Positions 43,335 to 58,803 of a DNA stretch of 64,000 nt are shown one piece after another; within the stretch, counting starts at the first letter, position 1; every line of letters begins with the position of its first letter. The position numbers were made by a program, and so were the translations under genes. The notes beneath the pieces were generated by a model. The model saw only the letters and a list, made by a program, of their open reading frames with translations. It did not search any database and was not told the DNA's origin. Source of the DNA: Eledone cirrhosa (lineage: Eukaryota). The stretch is taken from positions 37,510,001 to 37,574,000 of the forward strand of contig OZ024746.1 in the NCBI GenBank assembly GCA_964016885.1, in the 5' to 3' direction.

Positions 43335-44456
43335 TATATATATATATACATATACATACATATATATGTGCTGGACAAGTTCTTACTAATATCAAATGTT
43401 AGTGATATTCTGTTGTTGTAGCAAGTTATTTTTGACTTCATGTTCTCTTTATATAAGTTGTTTTTTCGCTGCACCAATAACGATAACTATGTGTGCTCCC
43501 ACTGCTTGGGAAACGGTTAGAGCGTCAAACATTGAGGTATTATCATTAGAGAAATCGATGTACAGGGGAAAATATATTTGTACAGCTAAAGTCTGTTTAT
43601 AGAATAGTTACACACATATATTCATTTGCGTAATAACTTAAGATGATTATGCACCAGGTTTTTAGACAAACAAGTAACATCCAACAATGGAACATTTACT
43701 CTGTAAATAGACTTAACTAAATACGCAAATACTACTTGACGATTTTATTCTTGGATGTAAATATTGGTTGACATACACGTAAACACTGTAACACAATAAA
43801 ACAAAGGGCCGAAGGATATTAACATGATTTGCAAATTGTTCCTGAAACAGGGATGAGCTGATACCAAACAAAATAAACAAAAAGAAGAACTTATTGAAAG
43901 GGAAACATGAAGCATAAATTGAATTTCCTGAGAAATTTTCTTTCCATAAATTCAATCGTATTAAAATATGGACCTGCCGTGTGGAAGGGTTTACAATATG
44001 GATGTTGTTTAACATTGAACATGGCATGCATTTCTTAAGTAGAAACCTATCATATGTATAGCGGCTGCAATGTAAAGCTATAGGTGAATATTCAACAGAG
44101 ATTCAACATATTGAAACTAAACTTGCACTATATACTTGTTGCTGTGCGAGTGAACAATGATACACCGACAGCAATCAAAATTATGTAAATCAACAGAACC
44201 AATATAATGGTGCCATATTTTTGTAACCCAAATCCAACATGTTAATCAAAAGATCAGTCGTTTTACATTAGCGTTCATATATCATTTGGAAATACATGCA
44301 ATTCTTTCTAGCATATAATGAAATATCTGACGGGTAAAATGCGGCATCTTCATTTCTCGATTATTCCCATTTGTGGCTCGTAAACAATTTCCTTTATGGG
44401 AAAATCTTACTGGATAGGTGTTTTGTCTTTACAATAAAGCAAATTGCTTCCTCAAT

Positions 44457-44634
<178 letters not shown>

Positions 44635-44657
44635 ATGTATTTATATATATATATATG

Positions 44658-44756
<99 letters not shown>

Positions 44757-47700
44757 TTGTTTGCGTAGTGTAATGTACATGCATGTATATGTCTCCGTAT
44801 GTGTGTATAAGAAAGAGAGAGAAAGAGAACGAAATGAATTTTTGTTCTTAGAATCAATCTCCAAATGGGGATATACAGCATGCCAAAATTCAATCTCCAC
44901 AATAAACGGAAATTACGCAAAGAGATAAAGACAATTACCCCCTTCTTCAACACACTTCCATATGTTTGGTCTCACAGTAAGCAAACCAATTTTCTTGAAA
45001 TATGTCTGCCATTCTCCCGTACATTATTCAGGTTCATGTGACATTTCAAGTGTATAATTTTAAAACTGCATTACACATGGTTTCATCTTTAGGAATACTA
45101 AGATTATTTACAATATGTTATAGCCTGCAAATATAATCAATGGGTAAACGGTATGTTGTCTCCCAGTTTACAACAAATCGCTGTTAAATCTTACATAACC
45201 TCACCCCATCATCTTCGAGGGTCAATGACGCACGGCATGGTGTAGTCTTTAGTATCACAAAAGAGATGACAGGATAATGATTGGCTTGCTTTTAATTACA
45301 GGCGTGGCATGCTATCCTTGAGATCGGGATAAGTAACATCAACATTGCTAGAGAAGAAATAATCACAAATTCATGGAAGTAGCAAAGTTGTTGGACCTTG
45401 TGATATTATCTAATTCCATCTGCGATCCGTGTTCAAATACCGATAGAATTAAACAATGTGTTCGATAAAGTAAAGAAACTATCCAATGTGATTTTGTTAG
45501 AAGGTCGAGTGAAATGTCTTCTGGTACTTGTTGCGAATATTTGATTTATAATTCACTGGATTGGATCCTTAATCCGTTGCCCAGTTTACCCTCATTGCGA
45601 TTGTCCGGGCGTTAGAAGAGCGATGTGAGTCTCCAAATCTCACACTCTTTGCTCTGGAGGAGAGTGGGCAGCTAGAAAGCTGTTTTTCAAATGTCGGGTG
45701 TTAAATAAAAACACAAATACGGTGATATATTATCACATGGTCGTCTTACCAGCTTACTACACATGTTCCTATACCTTTTGTGGAAGGGACAAATTCGTCA
45801 CTCAAAAAATACATCTGCTACCAACATCTGTTCCATGATGGCTTCAGGATTACAACATGCGTTTTGCCGAATACACATGTCGAATTACCTTAAGAACAAC
45901 AATGTCAATGCGGACGAAACTGAAGGTTAACGTTTGTGTGTGAATTTGCCGTTACATGATTTTCTGCACCTCTTCTTCTTGACAGAGTTACAGTCCCGGA
46001 TAAAACGAAGACCTAGTTGGGGCGGAGGTGTCTAGAACGCAGCCAGTTCAAATCAACCTCTACATGTACGGAAGCACCAACAGCCGGATATCTCACAGAT
46101 ACGCGCAGAGCGACGAAACTACAATGCATGCTATTCCTCAGTGTTCATGCATTTCAGCATTGTGAGCTTCTGTCGAACAACTGCCATCATATGTAGAATT
46201 ATCCGGATACCATCCTGGTCAGTCCTGAAAATAGTACAACCCCCTCCTTTTATTGTCCAGCCGTAAATAATCCTTCAGTGTTTTACCTAGTTCTTTGTTC
46301 ACCTTTGTGACATCAGTATCCATCTGGCCTCATGTTAAATGATATATTCTATTAAGTACACCCGAACTTAATTTGATATGAATAAGCTTTCGTTGTGTAT
46401 TCTAAGAGATTAGAAATCTTGGAAATAATATTAAGCTGTAGATATGTGTAGTAATATAGATATGTTTATTATGTTTAGCTTTATATTATGCGTGTATTAA
46501 ATTGTACATTTCTATAGGTTGCTTCAATGTATTAGTTGCTAATCACATTGTTCCATACACATCTTTGAAATATTAGTTTTAAGTCAAACTAATTCTCTCC
46601 ACCTGCTAATAATAATGACCAAATCGCTTTTACAATACACATTAATCTCTTAAATACGAATACGCAGAAAAACGTAGTTCTACGTTTTCCTCAACAGATA
46701 GGTTTGTGAAGCCAGGAATCTAATTAATCGGTGCTGTCAGGGCACAAATATGGATAAGTAACAGCATAATGTTCAACTCCTTTGATGTCAATAGAATTTT
46801 TAACACTATATGAAAGTGAAGGAAATCAAATTTAGTTAGAAGCTAAATTATTTCTACCAATTTTAAAAGCTAATATTCAATATACTTGAATGAAATGCAG
46901 ACACTTTAATCATTACTGCTTATTATTTGTGTTGTTTGAAATATCAAACATCTTTTCATAGAATATTATAAAATTATGCGATATTATACGATTATGTTTT
47001 TAATAAAAAGTATTTTAATACAAGTTTGTATCTTTTAATCTTATCCATTATATTTTGGAATTTTTTAATTCGCGTATCTTAAAGAATATTTACACCACTA
47101 AAAGTAATAAAGTAATTAATTGTTAATTTTAATTTAGATACGTTCATACGCCTGAATAATTTTACAAAGAAATTAGCTCCAAATTAATTTCGCATCAGAT
47201 ATTTTCTAACTGCTTGAAAGCAAAAACAGCAAAGAATCCAGTGAACTGTTTGTGTGAATACCGGTTAAAATATTATCAAACAATTCACAACCGACTACTG
47301 GGAAAACAATAATTAAATCTCAACGATATTATATATAATACGTTACCATATAAAATAAAATATACGAGCACTGATTATCTTCTACAATGTACTCGAAGGT
47401 AATATTCTCACTAAAAATACAAAAACATACAGTATCTATAAATATTAAAAAGAAAGTAAAACGTGTGAATTATAGTAAGGAATAATACAAATAGATTCCA
47501 AACTAGTGTATGTAACCAGATATCCTAGTATTTATTTTTTACTCATGCATATTCAAATTTACTATCCGTCCAAGAACATTTCAAAATCCTGTTCAAATTC
47601 CATATCTACTGTTTCACAACCCAGTTGAGGTACGATTTATATTCATTACAACTAATTATAAAATTCATGAACAGGATTGATATGGGCAACCAGATAGGAA

Positions 47701-47994
47701 GTTGTATCAATGACGTAGGATCAGTCGGCTGGATCATGCAGAAGATATGGTACTAAATAACGCATCGGAAGGTGATCTCAGCCAAGCACTAGATAGGTGT
47801 ATACAAGGTGGTGGATGTCAGAAATTAAAACATGTAGCATGACGACTGGGACATTCATCCTTTCAAGAAAGTCGGTACAATGCGCTTTACTCTGAAGTAT
47901 GTGTATGTGGAGATGTTCAAGTATCTTGGGGTATTATCATGAGTAATGGAAGGTAGAATTATGTATTAAATACAAGAATGTTTGGATATGGTGC

Positions 47995-48173
47995 ATTGGC
48001 AGTATCAGTAGAGGGTCGGACGCCATGCTTTCCGACATAGTTACGTCCCTTAACAGTCTGAATTCAAATCCCGCTGAGGTTAACTTTGCCTTTCATGCTT
48101 ATTGGGTCCATAAAATAAAGTATCAGTAATGTACTGGGTAATTGCTGGCTTTGTGCCAAAGGTTGAAACAATT
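47995..48173 (+). mobile_element. tRNA-derived SINE (family of 2289)
   Basis: Full-length similarity. Confidence 0.88.
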
Positions 48174-48179
48174 ATATTC

Positions 48180-48480
48180 TAACGCCACACCTACATAGTG
48201 AAGTTTCCATCCTTCATCGAAATCTTCAATGTCACAGCTACAGGACTTTATTGAGAAGATTCCAACTATATCTAGCCGGTAGCATTCGAGCCCACATCCA
48301 GCAGTTACTCTCCATGGCTATAATGGGTGTGACATTCCAATTACCAATCATCAAGGTTTGCAATCTTCCAGACCCTCTTTGGTTTCTCGGGATACGTAAA
48401 CTACTGTACCATATTCCAAGACCTTTCACTGGTCTTGGTTCGGGATTGTCTATTCGTCCGACAGGAGCCCACGTTTATTG
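48180..48480 (-). mobile_element. LINE (RTE-like) endonuclease N-terminal remnant
   Basis: LMIGNWNVT resembles the APE start motif 'IGTWNV'. Confidence 0.45.
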
Positions 48481-51400
48481 CAAATAACCAGCCCATCTGG
48501 TAGTCTATCGTTATCCATCTGTGGACCGTTCCAGGGCAGCTTGTAGCAGTAGAAAAGCAGTCTTCAGCCCAAAGTTTGTCTTGCTCGATGAGATATAAGA
48601 GCCAAAATATTCTAACTACGAGAAACCGTCTTTTTGTATTTTCAAGAATTCATATGTGCCCGTCTATTCACACGAATATGATATGTTAGTTCAGCAGAAT
48701 TTAGAGAATACTTATAGCATTTTGATCGACTAAATTATCCCCCTTTCGCAAACGGGAATCTCTTCTGTAATATGTTGGTCGCATTCTCGAATATATATAT
48801 TCTCTATATCAACATGTGTATATTATTCTGTATATAAACATGAATGCACGAAATATACCCTCAATAATCACCTCATATACATACAAACATACATACATTC
48901 CTACACTAGCCCTTACGCACGCGCGCGCGCACACACAAACACACACATATCTATGTGCGTGTTTGTATGTATTCATTGTGTATATATTCAAATGTTGTAA
49001 ATAGATAGCTACATTTCTAGACATTGAAACACATTTACTAATCGAATACGGGAAGCATTTAGACAACAATAATGTACACGCTATCAGCAAATATTCGTTC
49101 AAAATTAATTCTGCAATTTAAATCTAATGTAATTGAAAGCTTATTAAATTGAAACTAATTGCACAATTGATTAACAGAACAATTATTCATGGAGATTATA
49201 CTGTTTAATACAGCCTGGTTGCAGTTTGAACAATAAAATTATCTTAGAATCAGTGGCATAATGCACGATGACAATAGTCATAAAATAATATATGTGGCAT
49301 TGCTGAGAAGGAAAATCTTATTTGTGTTGCTGATGTAGATTTTACTAATAGTGCCGCTGATTGTGGTGGTAGAAATAACAGCGATGAAAAACGTATTCAT
49401 GGCTGCATTGGTGGTGGTTGGTTTGTTCATCATTGCCATGATGGTCATAATATCGATGCTGAATGTGACGATAAGAAACTGCAATATGAAATGATGAAAC
49501 CTGAAATTAGAATAGTTGGATGTCCTGGGTGGATACTTCATTGTATACCTTACATTCTAAATACGTATTAATAAATCAATAACTGATTAGGTATTATAAA
49601 CCTACTGTATATTGTCCAACTTAAATTATCTTCATTGAATTTATACTGATTAGTGAATAAATTATTCCACACTATTTCATTTACTGGGGAGAACATTTCA
49701 AATTAATGAATAGATCATATTTACGAACGTATTCCATAACCATCTGAATATTAAATGTACTTTTCGGAAATGCTTCAAAGTATCATATCCTCTCCCATTG
49801 TTAAAACTTCAAACCAATAGGTAAAATGTATTTTCTGTCATATATCTCAAGGAGGTTCTAAGTAAGGTGCAAATTGTTAAGATTCTCGAAATATATACTT
49901 AATATTCATGCTTATTCATGAACCCATTATTAGTAAGCTTATCACTATAGGTTTGTATTGAAATCAAATAAAGTGAGATTGCCATAAGCTTTCATATGCC
50001 TTGGACAATTAATATAAACTGCCTTACGTCATTAATCGAATCCAAAGAATTTTCAAAAAATATCTGGTATATATAACCTGTATATATTTGATGTCTTTTT
50101 AGAGCAATATCAGCTCACTTTGATCAAATGTGATGTTATCAAATCCTTCCAGCCATGGCCAGAAAATGTTAATTTTCAGATAGTGTAAACAGGTCCACAT
50201 CATCAATATTTTTCCATATTCATAAAATTAGCGATCCTTTTCAAGAAACTGTTGTACTTTAGTTTAATAACAGAACGAACTACTAAATATAGGCTTCTTC
50301 ATTGATTCGTGAATTTGCGTATATAAAAGAATGGAAGATGAAACGCGGATTTAATGTCACAGTGGGCGGTTATTTCTCTTTCTTTTTCGTTCAAATATTA
50401 TCCAATGTGACAGCGCCTGGTGTGGGTAAAAAGTTACACTCAGATATCAATGTGAGTTTAATTTAGCATTCTCCCAGAGAATGCATTGAAAGTATATTGC
50501 TGAAAACAGCTACATATCCAAGATTAATTTATTTCAATAAGTAGCGAATATGTGCGAGGGACAAAAAACTTAATGTGAAAAATATCAGAAGGCCAAAACA
50601 ACAGTCTGTAATATCTTCTAGAAAAGAAAACATAATACAAATTATAATCCATTTAATTTACACTGCATGATGTTAAGGTACCTACTTTGAAGAAAATAAT
50701 ATACATACCAGATTTATAGCGCAAATGTCCTGAAAAGAATTGAGTGTCTCTTATAGATACGAGGAACTATTGGAATGTTTTCAGTTAAAACCATTCATTT
50801 GCAATCATAACTTTTTATCACGTGCCCGAAATGTTCTAGAGGATTAAGCAATAATTGAGGGTGTTTAACCTACATTTTGTAGGAGTAATCTGACTGGAAA
50901 ATGTGTCCAATGAAAGGGAGACAATGACGGCAAAATATATATAAATTCCTGATTGAGTGATTTCAATGTACAAGGCGGATTCATCTATTTAGTTTGTCCG
51001 AAGATATGCTGGGTCTGTTTTGCAAGTGCTTGTATTATTGCAGTTGTTTGTAAATATAATATACTAGGATCAAAAGTGATGTAAAATAGGAAATTTATTG
51101 TTATCCATTAGTGTTTATATTACGAAAAAATTAAATCGAGCAGCTGCTCAATCATAACATATCGGCTTTGCATGACATACAATTACCTCGAACGACTCGA
51201 AATATACTTCCCTTTTATATTGTAATTCTTCTCGCCAAAATCATAAATCTCTCAATTCTGCTATTCATTTTAAAATATCTATTATGAAATATCACACCTG
51301 AATTTACAGTTTCAATATTTATTGTCAAAAGTACCTAAATTATAGAACATTGCATATTAAATCACATTTTTCTCATCCGATTAAAAGAAAATGTTTAAAT

Positions 51401-52278
51401 GTATAATTTAGATGAGATTTGGTAAACAGACAGAAAACGGGGTAGAAAATCCTATGGTGCTCGTTTTTTTAGACATGTTAAACCCTGTGTAAAAGACCTA
51501 AAATAATGTGCAATGATTTAGCAAGACATTTTCAAACACTTTGTATGGAACTCGGCATACTCCAACAACAAAATATTCGGTGCATTTTCCAAGTCTGTTT
51601 CTGTAAGCTTTAGAATGTAAATTTAGTTTCTAGACAATCTTCAGATCAACAAACCATTGAACCGGACTCTTGGCATTATAACATGGATCAGCGAATATGT
51701 CAGTCTTAAATACGAATAGCAACCTAACACACAGAAGCATTACTTTTTATCATTCTCTGAAAACATCGATCCTCTTATTATTTTCAAAGATTGACTTTTG
51801 GTTGTCTAATTCGTTTTGTTCAAAATTAAATACATTTAGAGATTCGTTCTTTGCGTTACTCAAAAATCAGACAGTTGAACGTATCAGGCACGAGGAATAG
51901 GTTATCGGATAGCAATTATAATATTAAATATAATTAGAGACAAATTATAGAAGATAAAAGTGAATTCAAAGTGATGCAAAGGGTGAAAAGTGACCAAATT
52001 AATAGACAGGGATGTTATCTGAAAATATAATTATAGCTGCTTTAATGAAGGAACAATATCGATTTAGTGAGAAATGGATAAGATTATTTCAGTGTTTTGT
52101 GTGACTATTGTAAGATGGAATATTCGTTCAGAATCATATTAGTGATTTGGAATACCACAACCTTTAACTTAGCCCAACTTGACTTATACATTGTTTATAT
52201 TCCGTTCGTTCAAACCCAGCAGGGAAACAATTTCTATAGGATAAGTCCTCTATTGCTCTATCCACCTCACACTCTCTT

Positions 52279-52373
<95 letters not shown>

Positions 52374-52481
52374 AAACCTCTTGTTAAGTCAAATAATGCC
52401 GTACGTTAAAACTATCCACAGTACAGAGTACACACAGCCTCTAACTGGATTACCTAAATCGATAAACTGTTATCCAATATA

Positions 52482-52566
<85 letters not shown>

Positions 52567-52990
52567 CGGAAGATAGGTTGCTTGCACGCAGTTTTTACGT
52601 TGCAACTTCTTGTTGATAAACCCGTCCAAGTAATTCAACAGCACTCCATGTCGAGGTTTATCCCACCCAAGTGTTGGTGATTAGGAGTGATGGAATATTC
52701 ATTTATCAAATAAGGGTAGTTGAGACGGGATTATTTCACCATAATTACTGTTTTGCATGGTATATATTTCAGTAAGGATGAAAGGCAAAGTTAACCTCGG
52801 CAGTTATAACAGACTGGTTATATATCACCAGTAGCATATCCCAATTATTGCATAACTGTAACTACGATTACGCAATCATCAGACGACGTCGCATGCATAA
52901 CCATGTAACAGAAATATATATCACGCAATAAAGCAACTACAGTGAACTAATTACATCATGACTACTCTTATTATATATATGCATACAAGA

Positions 52991-53119
52991 GGGCGTTGGA
53001 TTGGCAGTATCGCTGGAGAGTCGGACACTATGCTTTGGAGTATAGTCACGGTCGTTTACGGTCTGAGTTCAAATCCCGCCGACTGAATAAAATAAATCGA
53101 TAGAAATGCACTGGGTAAT
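52991..53119 (+). mobile_element. Internally deleted SINE (family of 2289)
   Basis: TTGGCAGTATCG...GAGTTCAAATCCCGCCGA...AATGCACTGGGTAAT. Confidence 0.8.
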
Positions 53120-53399
53120 ATATATATATATAATATATATATATATATATGTATTTATAAAAAATCGTCAACCCAACTTTAAATAGAAAATGTTTAATTC
53201 TATTTACTTGATTTTACTTGTAATATTCAATATTTGATAAGATGGATTAGACTGATACTTCGAAACCGGTTAATTTCTATATATTTTATATACAATATAA
53301 ACCTCCTCCGTTTTTTTAAAAGTTGCTCCTCTAATATTTTCAATATTATCAATTTTAACGAATCAAAGAAGAAAAAAGAAAAACAAATCATTTAACTAT

Positions 53400-53812
<413 letters not shown>

Positions 53813-53814
53813 AA

Positions 53815-54082
53815 TAACCGAGGTGTCCTACATGGGTGAAAGTATAAAGAAAAAAAGATGAAATCGAAAATGCAACTGGAGTTTTATTTTTTTAAATATA
53901 TATATAATTGTTTGGTTCCTTTACCGGTTTCGCAGTTCTTCTGTTTTTCAAAAGTAGAGTTGAGATGGAGGGTCTGTGGTTTTTCTCACATCTGATATAT
54001 ATATCTGATATATACATCAGATATATATATATTTAAAAAAAATTAAGACTCCAGTAGCATTTTCGATTTCATCTTTTTTTAT
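53815..54082. mobile_element. Asymmetric fold-back mini-element, family B, second copy
   Basis: Left arm with tail (CCGAGGTGTCCTAC..) and hammerhead-like motif on minus strand (~53918-53954); short right arm ends TTTTTTT-ATAT. Confidence 0.78.
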
Positions 54083-54239
54083 ATATATATATCCAGGGAG
54101 TGTAACTTGGAGTGACAGTAGGAGCACTCGATGTTTAGGTTCACTTCAGTGTCGAGATGTAGAGCTATACAGAGTGTATTATAGTGAAAAGATAGCAAGG
54201 ACGAATGGTTACTCCTTCATTACATTTATTGCTATATTT

Positions 54240-54333
<94 letters not shown>

Positions 54334-54429
54334 TGTGTGTGTATGTGTGTATGTGTGCGATCTTCAATGTACATCATAAAATATAATAAGTTAAGCGGAA
54401 TCGTTTGAGTTGTGAGGATTTAGAATAAT

Positions 54430-55130
54430 GACACAAAGTTAACAATGAAAAATATGCTGATGACACAACTTTGTTCGTAGAAAATGAAGAAGTCTTTTAA
54501 TAATGCCGAGAAATGAACAAGAACAAAGTGGATTGAATGGCCACATCTAGAAAGTGAAAGTTATGTTAACTTCAAGTTTGAAGGAATTTATTTCCTGGAT
54601 CCAATTTTGAAAGACAAGAAAGATTCGTAAATGAAAGAATTGCCCTTGGAATACTGCGTTGATGGAACTACAGAAAACCATAAAAGATAAAGGAGCGTTG
54701 AAAGAACAAAGGAGTGATTGTTAAAATCAATGGTATACCCAGTAATGATGTATGGATATGAAAGCAAGACAATTACCAAACAAGATAGAGGGAAATTGAT
54801 GCATTTGAAATGTGCTGCGTGAGAAGATTATTGAGATTACCAAGGGCTGAAAGGAGAACAAACAGATCAATACTATTGCAATGAAATTTGACAGTACTTT
54901 AGAAGCATTGATTGTCAAGTAAAGATTAAAATTCTCTAGTCACATTATGGGGGCGGATGGCATGAAAAGAACATTATGTCAGAAAAATCTAAGAGCACAA
55001 ATCTAAGAAGACAAAATCACTGGTGGTGCATAGAGGGGGAAGAGGGTGATGAGTAAACTGAGATTCTTCAATCAATTGTAGACGTGTATGAGGAACATCC
55101 ATAAGAACGTCAGAAGTCTAACTTCAAATC
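54430..55130 (+). mobile_element. Decayed RTE-clade LINE RT 3' region
   Basis: NNEKYADDTTLFVENEE; VMMYGYES.T; IDAFEMC; many stops and frameshifts. Confidence 0.75.
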
Positions 55131-55200
55131 GCTTCGAGGTTATATACGCACATCATATACCCATACTAACTAGCATAAACACACACACATAGACATGTAT

Positions 55201-55241
<41 letters not shown>

Positions 55242-55319
55242 CACATACACATACACGCACACATATATATATATATGTATGTATGTATATACACACACAC
55301 ACACATACATATATGTATG

Positions 55320-55371
<52 letters not shown>

Positions 55372-55375
55372 TATA

Positions 55376-55445
<70 letters not shown>

Positions 55446-56151
55446 TGGGAGGTGGATCACACTCCATAGAAGATACATCGATAATTAGATAGGTAGATAG
55501 TTAGATAGAGATGGTCAGACAGTCACACAGTATGTGCGAGAGTCAACTACTTCTTAGTTGTTGAAAGAATGCCACAATCTTTTATATTTCAAGACCATTT
55601 ATAGCGAAAAGTATCAAGGAATTTTAGTAAGAATTGATATTGAAGGCGTGCATAATTTTTGGAATACAGAATAATCTATGCACGGGAAAAGAAGTGAAGC
55701 AGCCGAGGAAGCTGTACGTTTAATATATTTCGGTTTAAAGTGTATTTCTCGTAATTATTCATTGCATGTGAATTCAGATTTCAGATATTTTCTCTACTAG
55801 TAGATATCAATTTTGTAAATATTGATATTTTGGCGTAGAATCGCTTAAATGTAAATATAGATTTTAATTCAAAATCAAATTAAAAATCAATTTTCATTAT
55901 TGGAACTGAATCTTCAGTACAATTGTTTCAAAGAACTGGGAATGTACGTTTGAAGTTTGGAGGAGGGAGAATATAAAAAGGATTACATTTGTTTTCTATG
56001 TTTGTATGTTTCAGAAGGTTTAAACAAATGTTTAATAAATAGTCATTCTTTCTTTTATATACGTTACTCTTTAATTGTTCCTGGTAGATATCCATGTAAA
56101 GTACAGTTGCATTTCTTACAGGGACGATGTGATTGAATTCTCATAGTGTAG

Positions 56152-56210
<59 letters not shown>

Positions 56211-56312
56211 AATGAAGTAATTCCACCGGAAAAGTCCAGGAAAAAAGAGTGCTCTATGTATGCAACAGAGCTTAATTATTATTATTATGTAATAAACAAC
56301 ATAAGGCAATTA

Positions 56313-56372
56313 TTCCATTTACCAGTGGTTTCTTAAAAGCAAAAGGTTTTGCTTTCAATCCTCAGAATGAAA
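56313..56372 (-). ncRNA. Type I hammerhead ribozyme
   Basis: Minus strand TTCATT-CTGAGGA-TTGAAAGCAAAA-CC-TTTTGCTTTTAA-GAAA-CCA-C-TGG-TA-AATGGA. Confidence 0.82.
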
Positions 56373-57055
56373 AATCCTGGTATGTTTATTGAATATGGAT
56401 TCTAAAAACAAAAATGCAATCTATATGAAAGTGAGGCTGGAAAAGGGAGAAGGAAAGGAAAAATAAAATAAAACTACACATGCAAACACACACAAAAAAA
56501 CACAAAAGCATACTTACACACACATACATATATACATATATATAAATGTACGCATACACATATACATATACACATATATATATATATATAAAGCGTACAC
56601 CTACACATATACACATATATACACACATATACACATACATACATTCATACATACACACACACACACATACACACACACATACACACACACACACACATAC
56701 ACACACACATATATATACACATACATACATTCACACAAACATACAACGTACATACACATACATGAATGCACTCCACTACATATTCACACACGCAAATAAA
56801 TATATATAAGAAAAAAATATATAAATATATATTAACAAATTTTTGACAGCGATACATGCCCCAGCTAACAGGACAGACACGCGTGGTAAGTAATACACAC
56901 AAAAGCACATATACATACGTACGAAATAGTAAACATATACACACACTCTCACACATAAATATACATATACAAATATATAAACACGTACATACACATACAT
57001 ACACAAACACGTACACGTATATAATATAAACACACACATGTATATATAATTATAT

Positions 57056-57110
<55 letters not shown>

Positions 57111-57316
57111 AAAATATAAAAAATATAAACGCACACACACATATAAATACGTAAACACACATATACATACATAGCTAAACAATTATACACATGCATACAC
57201 ATACACACACACATATACATGTGTGTATGTGTAAAGCTCAGTATTAGATAAGACAAATGAACCTTACATAAACGTATATATAGTAGTAAAGTAATAAAGC
57301 CATACAAGGCAATTAA

Positions 57317-57374
57317 TCCATTCACCAGAGGTTTCTTAAAAGCAAAAAAAGTTTCCTTCAATCTTCAGAATGAA
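57317..57374 (-). ncRNA. Diverged copy of the 56313 hammerhead, cleavage site UG (probably inactive)
   Basis: TTCATT-CTGAAGA...GAAA-CCTCTGG-TG-AATGGA. Confidence 0.6.
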
Positions 57375-57462
57375 AAAAGCCTGGTTTATCCACATATACA
57401 TACATATACACACATAAATATACAATTATATACACACATACACACACGCACACACACACATA

Positions 57463-57502
<40 letters not shown>

Positions 57503-57510
57503 TATATATG

Positions 57511-57599
<89 letters not shown>

Positions 57600-58360
57600 G
57601 CATTTGATTGTTGTGTTATGGCTAACTGTAACACTTAAGGCGTTCGTGTGCCCCTGATATATTCAAGAAATATATTCTAAAAATATATATCTTATCTCAC
57701 TTTACTTTATTTTATTTTATTTCATTGTATTTTATTTTATATAATTTAATTTTAATTTTATTTTATTTCATCTTTAACCTTTATCTATACTATCTGTATT
57801 TTTTATATATATATTTTTTATATTTTTTATATATATTATTTGTCTATTTTTTATCCATTTTTTATCTATTTTTTATCTATTTTTTATCTATTTTTAACCA
57901 CTCACATCTATCTTATCTATTCTCGTCTATTCCTTATCTATTCTCTTTCTCTTATCCATGGTTAATCTATTTTTTATCTATGGTTAATCTATTTCTATCC
58001 TTTGTTTATCTTACTTTTACCCATTATATTTTTACTCATTGTATATCCACCATTCATCTCTTAGCTTTTTCATATGTTATTGTATTAGTTATTTGTATTA
58101 GTCTATATGTTATTGTATTGGTTATTTGTATTAGTCTATACTATATGTGTTGCATATGGCTGCCTGTTGTGTGGTTGCATGCGGGTGCTCATGCTTATGC
58201 GTATGCTTGTATGTAACTGTATGTTAACAGCACCCTGCCCAACTGTGACTGTTAGCACTTCTTATTTTTCAATGCTTATTTTTCAATGTTTATTTTTTAT
58301 TTTTTTTTTCTTCAATGTCTTGGATTTGTTATTGCTGGTGTAATATGTAATCACTCTTTA

Positions 58361-58406
58361 TGCTCTGATGAGTCCCACTTATAGTGTGGACGAAACACTG
58401 TCAGCA
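58361..58406 (+). ncRNA. Minimal type I hammerhead ribozyme
   Basis: TGCT-CTGATGA-GTCC-CAC-TTATA-GTG-T-GGAC-GAAA-CACTG-TC-AGCA; canonical core and GUC site; lies in a T-rich segment 57597-58530 bounded by (TA)n. Confidence 0.88.
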
Positions 58407-58803
58407 AGTAAAGATATACCTATGCTCTAAGCGTTCTTTGTTGTTAATTATATTACGGCTCTGTCCTCAGACATCGAGCTAACCTTATACTGCCTATTGG
58501 ATAAGTGGAGTGTTACACACTCCTGATCCTCTCCCTTATATAATATATATATATATATATACATACACAAACACATACATACACATATACATATATACAC
58601 ATATATATATACACACAAAAATACATACACATACACATAGGTATGTGAAGGGCAAAACAAAAAGAATATATGGGGGGGGGGGCTAAGAGGAGGTAAAAAT
58701 ATAAGGGGAGGTAAGGGAGAAAAAAATTTTAAATATACAAGAGTACAGAAGGTAGAATCAGCAAAATAAAAACCGTAGCAAAAGTAAAGAGCAGAGAAGG
58801 AGT